Origin: Candidatus Nanohaloarchaea archaeon
GTDB lineage: Archaea; Nanohalarchaeota; Nanosalinia; Nanosalinales; Nanosalinaceae
Assembly: GCA_042218325.1 (NCBI GenBank)
Contig: JBDGRE010000005.1
Span: 25,428 to 89,427, forward strand
Reading direction: 5' to 3'
DNA length: 64,000 nucleotides
Numbering within the stretch: the stretch's first letter is position 1; each line of letters starts with the position of its first letter. A program made the position numbers and the translations under genes. The notes beneath the pieces were generated by a model that searched no databases, was not told the DNA's origin, and was given only the letters and a program-made list of their open reading frames with translations. Shown here in pieces: positions 57,963 through 64,000 of the stretch.

Positions 57963-59216
57963 ATGATCCTGGAAAAGATAAAATCCTACTTCGAGACCGA
58001 GCCCGTCGAGGTGGCAGGTACGGACAGCATCCCAGAGGTCTACAGCAGGGAGAAACAGCAAGAGCTCGAAAGGGCCCGTGAAAGGGCGGACGAGCTCCAC
58101 CGGGAGGCCGGTGAACTGCTTGACGAGCTGGAGGAGTTCCTCGAGGACCTGGAGGACTACAGCGACGAGAAGGACCGGTCGATAGTGGAGGACGTGGTCG
58201 ACAACGTCGCGGGTGAAAGGCTCCGCATGATACAGCAGCACGATCTGCCGGAGGACCCGAGGGAACTGCACGACTCCCTGCAAAGGTTCATAGAGGAGTT
58301 CAACTCCCTGAAGCAGAAGGAGGCCGCGGTGCTCGAGGAGGCTCACCTCGGCAAGGAGCTGGGAAATGCCATACAGGACGTACAGGAGCTGCAAGAGGAG
58401 ATAGACAGCTTCCTCGAGCAGGACTACAGGACGGTCGATACTCTCGAAGGGCTGCAGGACATAGCTGACAGGCGTGAGGAGCTCCGGCTGGATATCGACC
58501 AGCTGGAGATGGAGATGGACGAGAAACAGCAGCAGCTCGAGCAGAAAAGACAGGAGCTAAAAGAGGTGGAACAGGATGTCGAGGACCTCACCTCCTCGGG
58601 GAGATGGAAAGGTTACCGGGAGCAGGAGGAGGCCGTGGAGGAGCTACGCGAAGAACTGGAGGAAAAGGAGCAGGAGTTCAGGAAGGCCGCGTCACGGATG
58701 GAGCGCGGCATGAAGAAACTGGTCTACCAGGTCGAGAACGGTGACCTTGAGCCCGTAGACGGGCTGGAGGTCCTCAAGGCCATCCGGGACGGCGACCACG
58801 AGAAACTTCTCGAACGGGACCCGCACGAGATAGTCGACGCGGTGGAGGAGGCAACGGGAGTGCTACCGACCGACCTGCTCGAGAGCTCGACCCACGAGAA
58901 GTTCATGGACGGCGCAGAGTACCTGATGGAGCTGACCAACCGCCACAGCGACCTCTACCAGCTGCGCGACGAGATAGAACGCAAGAAACAGGAGCTGGAG
59001 GACCACCCTGTAAGAGAGCATAAGCAGGGCCTCGAAAAGCAGAAACGCCAGCTCCGCCGCGACATCGAAGAGCTGGAGGAAGATATAACAGGCCTGGAGG
59101 AACAGCTGGAGCAGAAACGGCAGGAACTCCAGGAAAAGGGAGATGACCTCCGTGAGAAGCTGGAGGCCTCCCTCGACCGGCCCGTGGAGTACGTGGAAGA
59201 CCGGCGGCCGCAGTGA
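57963..59216 (+). CDS. long coiled-coil protein
   Basis: Heptad E/Q/L/K-rich sequence. Confidence 0.75.
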   Translation: MILEKIKSYFETEPVEVAGTDSIPEVYSREKQQELERARERADELHREAGELLDELEEFLEDLEDYSDEKDRSIVEDVVDNVAGERLRMIQQHDLPEDPRELHDSLQRFIEEFNSLKQKEAAVLEEAHLGKELGNAIQDVQELQEEIDSFLEQDYRTVDTLEGLQDIADRREELRLDIDQLEMEMDEKQQQLEQKRQELKEVEQDVEDLTSSGRWKGYREQEEAVEELREELEEKEQEFRKAASRMERGMKKLVYQVENGDLEPVDGLEVLKAIRDGDHEKLLERDPHEIVDAVEEATGVLPTDLLESSTHEKFMDGAEYLMELTNRHSDLYQLRDEIERKKQELEDHPVREHKQGLEKQKRQLRRDIEELEEDITGLEEQLEQKRQELQEKGDDLREKLEASLDRPVEYVEDRRPQ

Positions 59217-59339
59217 CATCCTGTTATAAGCTTTCAGCCCGGCGGGTATACAGGCTACTGCGGTACGACAACCCTCATGCAGTAAGTTGTTGTTTACCAG
59301 TAGCGACAATTATTTAACTGTGAGTGTGGAAACAAAAAC

Positions 59340-60188
59340 ATGGAGGAGACAGCCGACGGGAAGTACGCAGACAGGCAGGTCATGAACCGCCTTAACGGTG
59401 TCTCCGCGCACCTGACAGACCTCGGCCTGAAGAAGGGCGACCTCGACCCTACAGATATAGAGCCCGACTTCGATGTCGTGATATCACCAGGTCTACAGGA
59501 CTATGAGCAGCAGGAGGGAGCTGACCCGTACCCCGTGGTCGACGAGATCGAGAACTCGTTCCTCGACTCCATCAAGATGGACACTGACCGCGGCTACTTC
59601 CTGTTCGAGACCGAGATGGGCGGAACTTCCGAGGGCTGGATGCCTCTCCTCGATGAAGGAAAGGGAGAGGGGATATTCTGCATCGAGCATCCCTGGGAAG
59701 GAACTGTCAAGATGGCGGCCTATGACGGCATGGATGAGATAGGAGAGGACTTCTCCGGTATCGAGGCGATGCTGGAAACCGCCTACGTGACTGCGAGAGA
59801 GTATGTCACAGATAAAGGTTTCAGGAACGTAGATAACACGGTCGACGACCTCGTCAGCGGCCTTGGCCGTTTCGAAAGGACTATATCCCGGCTCGAGCAG
59901 GACAGGGAAGATGGAGGGGAAGAAGGAGAGATAAGAGGAGGCCAGCACGCGGGACAGCTGCGTGGACGCGACGCTCTCAAAGAGTTCTCCCGCCTTATGA
60001 AAAGAGCCCGGCAGTCGAACGTCATCGACTATTCCCTCTCGACCAACTTCGGAGACCACTCTTTCGAAAGAACTTTCGGCGGCTTCAAAACCCTTACACA
60101 GCTACCGGAATCAGCACCTTACGACACCATGGAGGAAGCTATAAGGTTCAGGTACCCGGACAGCTGGATAGAAAAGGAACAGAGTTAA
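59340..60188 (+). CDS. hypothetical acidic protein
   Basis: TATTTAA box upstream. Confidence 0.65.
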   Translation: MEETADGKYADRQVMNRLNGVSAHLTDLGLKKGDLDPTDIEPDFDVVISPGLQDYEQQEGADPYPVVDEIENSFLDSIKMDTDRGYFLFETEMGGTSEGWMPLLDEGKGEGIFCIEHPWEGTVKMAAYDGMDEIGEDFSGIEAMLETAYVTAREYVTDKGFRNVDNTVDDLVSGLGRFERTISRLEQDREDGGEEGEIRGGQHAGQLRGRDALKEFSRLMKRARQSNVIDYSLSTNFGDHSFERTFGGFKTLTQLPESAPYDTMEEAIRFRYPDSWIEKEQS

Positions 60189-60215
60189 AAATTTTCACTG
60201 GAAGGTGTCAACAAA

Positions 60216-60764
60216 ATGAGGATAACTGTAAGAAATCTGGCCGAGGCGGAGGAGTACGTCACAGGAGTCATAGGTGATAGTGACGGCGAGTACAGCTTCG
60301 CGGCCGGTGTGGACGCACACGGAGTCACACCGGAGGTGGCCTACGAAGATATCGGCCAGTCGACCTACCTCGAGATACAGGGCCTCGGCGAGATAGGAGA
60401 AGGATTCGGCGAACACAGGTTCGACCTCGACCCGGTAAAGAAGAACTACGCGGACGAACTCGGGGAGCTGACCTCGGCACACGAGATACTGAAGGACCAC
60501 GGCCTGGAACACGCCACGGAGATATCCGTCGAACGCGAAGCAGAATCTGCCTACCGCGCCGTATGCCGCCTTGAGAACACCGACATCCTGCCGGTGCTGA
60601 AAAGCGAGGAGGACGGCCTGAGATCCATCGTGATGTACGAGCCTGGCGAAACACCGCTATTCGAACCACGGGTACAGCCCACCTCCACCACCACGCCGGA
60701 AGAGGCCCGCGAAAGAGAAGAAGAACTCGAAAACATACTCCGCGAACTCAACATCGTCGAGTAA
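60216..60764 (+). CDS. hypothetical acidic protein
   Basis: ORF composition. Confidence 0.6.
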   Translation: MRITVRNLAEAEEYVTGVIGDSDGEYSFAAGVDAHGVTPEVAYEDIGQSTYLEIQGLGEIGEGFGEHRFDLDPVKKNYADELGELTSAHEILKDHGLEHATEISVEREAESAYRAVCRLENTDILPVLKSEEDGLRSIVMYEPGETPLFEPRVQPTSTTTPEEAREREEELENILRELNIVE

Positions 60765-60792
60765 ATATAACTTGCCACCGCACCACCTTTCT

Positions 60793-61176
60793 ATGAAAGA
60801 CAGCTACGAAGAAGTACTGGACGAAGTGGCGGGCCTCGAGGGCGAACAGGCCAGCCGGTACCTGACAGAACTCGCGGAAAGGCTTGACGCGCGGTACGAC
60901 TCCACGCAGCAGGACGTACAGGACGCGTCCACGGACATCAACGGCATAGAAGTCATGGAGGCCACGGAAAACCCGTACGGCCTCTCCGCCCTGCGAGAAC
61001 AGATGATGTACGACATGATAGTCGACCGGTTCGCCGCCGACACGGAACAGTTCGCCGACAACATCCACAGCCTCCACCAGGAACTCCAGCGCCCCCACCA
61101 GCGATCCCGGCCGGAAAAAGGCCTCGAAGACCTCGTCACCGGCCTCTTCTACGAAGTCCTCGAAGAGACAAGATAG
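60793..61176 (+). CDS. hypothetical acidic protein
   Basis: Start MKDSYEE after TAAATATAA. Confidence 0.55.
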   Translation: MKDSYEEVLDEVAGLEGEQASRYLTELAERLDARYDSTQQDVQDASTDINGIEVMEATENPYGLSALREQMMYDMIVDRFAADTEQFADNIHSLHQELQRPHQRSRPEKGLEDLVTGLFYEVLEETR

Positions 61177-61290
61177 CGGTGAAGAGACTCTTAGGCTCTT
61201 TCAAGACGCTTAGTTAGACATGCCAAACTAATTTCGGAAATAGTTTCTGGCTTAGAAAGATTGATAATAGTTTATGCTACATTAACAGAC

Positions 61291-61845
61291 GTGAGAGTCC
61301 TCTTAGACAACACAGGCAGGGGACAAATCGAAATTCTTTCAGCACTCGCAGAGAGACCCGGTATGAGGAGGAAAGAACTAACCGAGAAGACTTCTCTAAG
61401 CAAGGGTTCTGTCTCACTAAACGTCGAGAAACTGAAGGAGAAAGATCTTGTGGTAGAGAATGACAGAAAACTGGAGCTGGAGGACTCAAAACTTTTATCG
61501 CATTACCGAGAGCACCTGGAAAATTTTCTGATAAGAAAGGATGGAGAGCCGGAGGAGATGAACGGGGCAAGGACTCTGACCAAGAGAAGAATGCCTGAAA
61601 TAATGCAGGAAAGAGAAAACGAGTTAATCGAACTTGTAGAAAATGTTCTGGCCTCCGCCCGTACCAGGAGCGACATAGAGACTTTGAACTCGGCGTTTAA
61701 GGAGGTCGATAGAGTAATAACGGAAACTTCCGAAGACGGGCACCTGGAGCTCATCGCAGTCTCGACAGACCTTTCAACTTCGACTACAGGAAAAGAAACA
61801 CGGAACAAGGAAAGAGCTAAACGAATACTGGAGGAGACTGAATAA
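61291..61845 (+). CDS. MarR-like HTH protein, candidate regulator of the R-M operon
   Basis: RKELTEKTSLSKGSVSLNVEKLKEKDLV; stop overlaps the hsdM ATG; start uncertain. Confidence 0.7.
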   Translation: MRVLLDNTGRGQIEILSALAERPGMRRKELTEKTSLSKGSVSLNVEKLKEKDLVVENDRKLELEDSKLLSHYREHLENFLIRKDGEPEEMNGARTLTKRRMPEIMQERENELIELVENVLASARTRSDIETLNSAFKEVDRVITETSEDGHLELIAVSTDLSTSTTGKETRNKERAKRILEETE

Positions 61846-63332
61846 TGGCCGAAGCCGTAACTGAGCAAGAACTACGCGACCATCTTTTCGAATGCGCAAA
61901 CCTGATCTACGACCGGGTGGACCCTACCGACTACAAGACTTACATACTGCCCCTTGTCTTCTACAAGGCTATAGATGACACCTACCAGGACCGATACGAG
62001 CAGGCGCTTGAGGAAACAGGTGACGAGGAGCTTGCAAGAGATGAGGCATTCCACGACTTCCAGATACCGGAGGACTACCGGTACGAAAAGGCGCTGGAAC
62101 AGACAGAAAACCTCGACCAGTTCCTAAACCAGGCCTTCAACGCCCTGGAAGCGGAAAACCCTGGCAAGCTGGAAAACATTTTCCGCGTTGACTTCATCGA
62201 CGAGGACTCTCTTGACCATGACACACTGCACCGGTTGCTTGCACATCTGGATACCAAGAACATTTCTCTTGAGCGAGTGAAGCCAGATATTCTCGGCGAG
62301 GCATACATGGACCTGGTCCGGGACTTCGCTGAGGCGGAAGGAAAGGACGGCGGACAGTTCTTCACCCCTCAAGAAATGGTCCGTCTAATGGTCCAAGTAC
62401 TTGATCCTGAGAAAAACAACGGCACGGTCAAGGTCTACGACCCGACCGCAGGATCGGGAGGAATGCTTGTGGAGATGGCAGAGCACTACCGCGAAACCGC
62501 GGGAGATCCGAAGAAGGACCTGATACTGAAGGGCCAGGAGATCAACCCCGGCATCGCACCGATCGCAAGGATGAACCTGTTCCTCCACGACCTGAACGGT
62601 GAGATAGCACGGGAGGACTCACTGGTAAACCCGCAGTTCACTCAGGACGGCGACCTTGAGAAGTTCGACTATGTTCTGGCGAATCCGCCGTTCAGCTGGA
62701 ACTGGAACAAAGATGCCTGCCAGGACGACGAATACAACCGTTTTGAATGGGGGATGGCCCGCGCGGATAGAGCTGATTACGCGTTCATCCAGCACATGAT
62801 AGCCTCGCTCAACGATGAGGGAAAGATGGCCTGCGTCGTCCCGCACGGCGTCCTGTTCAGGAAGCACGAGTCAAAGTTCAGGGAGCCGATGCTGGAGGAA
62901 GACATGGTGGAAGCCATTATCGGCCTGCCGGAGAACCTTTTCCAGAACAACTCGATTCCCTCGGCAATCCTGGTGGTCAACAAGGACAAGCCTTCCGACC
63001 GCGAGAACCAGGTCCAGTTCATCCACGCCGCGGACGAAGAGTTCTACGAAGAGCTCAGCAACCAGAACAAGCTGACGGAGGACGGCATCCAAGAGATCGT
63101 GGAAAAATACCGCGACTGGGAGACAGAGGAACGAGTCTCTCGCGTCGTCGACCTCGACGAGATCCGCGAAAACGACTACAACCTCAATATCGCCCTCTAT
63201 GTCGACACCACCGAACCAGAAGAAGACATCGACGTCTCTGAGGAGCTTGAGAAACTGCATCAGCTACAGGAAGAACGCGAGGAAATCGAAAACCAAATGA
63301 CAGAACACATGGAGGCCTTGAACTATGAGTAA
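61845..63332 (+). CDS. hsdM: type I restriction-modification methyltransferase subunit
   Basis: GQFFTP, YDPTAGSGG, GQE, ANPPF, PHGVLFR, YNLNI..YV. Confidence 0.96.
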   Translation: MAEAVTEQELRDHLFECANLIYDRVDPTDYKTYILPLVFYKAIDDTYQDRYEQALEETGDEELARDEAFHDFQIPEDYRYEKALEQTENLDQFLNQAFNALEAENPGKLENIFRVDFIDEDSLDHDTLHRLLAHLDTKNISLERVKPDILGEAYMDLVRDFAEAEGKDGGQFFTPQEMVRLMVQVLDPEKNNGTVKVYDPTAGSGGMLVEMAEHYRETAGDPKKDLILKGQEINPGIAPIARMNLFLHDLNGEIAREDSLVNPQFTQDGDLEKFDYVLANPPFSWNWNKDACQDDEYNRFEWGMARADRADYAFIQHMIASLNDEGKMACVVPHGVLFRKHESKFREPMLEEDMVEAIIGLPENLFQNNSIPSAILVVNKDKPSDRENQVQFIHAADEEFYEELSNQNKLTEDGIQEIVEKYRDWETEERVSRVVDLDEIRENDYNLNIALYVDTTEPEEDIDVSEELEKLHQLQEEREEIENQMTEHMEALNYE

Positions 63333-64000
63333 CCAGGCCTCACTCGGCGATATTTCCAACTCCGGAAAGTCAAATTCTAGAAAAGGATCATCTGAAACTA
63401 AGATAGATCAAGATTCTGAAGGCCGAAAAAAGAGGAGGTTCGGTCCGCTTCTAATGGAAATTCCGGAAAGTTGGAGAGATGAGAGACTAAAAGATGTTAC
63501 TGAGTTAATAACGAGAGGAAAACAGCCAACTTATGCAGATGACGGTATTCCGGTAATAAATCAGGAATGTATCTACTGGAGTGGTTGGCACTGGGAAAAT
63601 CTCCGCTACTTAGATAAAGAAGTAGGTGACAACTGGAAGGATAAGAGATTTCCAAATAAAGGCGATGTTATCATAAACTCAACTGGCCAAGGAACTTTAG
63701 GAAGGGCTTTAGTTTATCCTGATAACAAGGAGAGAGCAATAGACTCACACGTTACTCTGGTAAGAACTGATGAAGAGGTCCAACCAAACTTTTTCCGCTA
63801 CTTCCTTGAGAGCAAGCTGGGTAACGGGCTGCTTTACTCTATGTGCGTCAACGGCTCAACAGGACAAATAGAACTTTCAAAATCTAAACTAAACCTCCTC
63901 TCGCTTCCAGTCCCTCCACTAGATGAGCAGCGGCGGATCGCCTCTGTTCTCTACAATGTGGATCAGGCTATTCAGAAGACGGAGGAAATCATCGAGCAAA
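63325..64000 (+). CDS. hsdS: type I R-M specificity subunit (3' truncated by window)
   Basis: EIPESW..LKDV, GDVI, GSTGQ, PVPPLDEQRRIA. Confidence 0.92.
   Translation, partial: MSNQASLGDISNSGKSNSRKGSSETKIDQDSEGRKKRRFGPLLMEIPESWRDERLKDVTELITRGKQPTYADDGIPVINQECIYWSGWHWENLRYLDKEVGDNWKDKRFPNKGDVIINSTGQGTLGRALVYPDNKERAIDSHVTLVRTDEEVQPNFFRYFLESKLGNGLLYSMCVNGSTGQIELSKSKLNLLSLPVPPLDEQRRIASVLYNVDQAIQKTEEIIEQ

Overview
Archaeal chromosomal window with a very acidic proteome, mostly TATA-proximal starts and many small orphan ORFs. This fits a halophilic DPANN (Nanohaloarchaeota-like) organism, though the taxonomy is inference. It carries housekeeping genes (DEAD helicase, nrdJ/nrdR, PINA ATPase, nfo/alkA/nfi, sod, glmS, class I lysS, uppS, TFB, archaeal SAM synthetase), six tRNA genes (four with 70-139 nt introns), several pseudogenes, an AT-rich islet (~7.05-9.5 kb) and the start of a type I R-M locus. 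The most striking unexplained signal is a recurrent 50-90 bp 'twin-hairpin' insertion: [target copy] - C+GAA...TTC hairpin - short spacer - inverted copy of target - loop - [target copy]. It occurs at the ends of five of the six tRNA genes, twice at the start of lysS and probably at the end of nrdR. At lysS the displaced starts form a cascade of uORFs whose stops overlap the next start codon. No mobilising enzyme is recognisable in the window.
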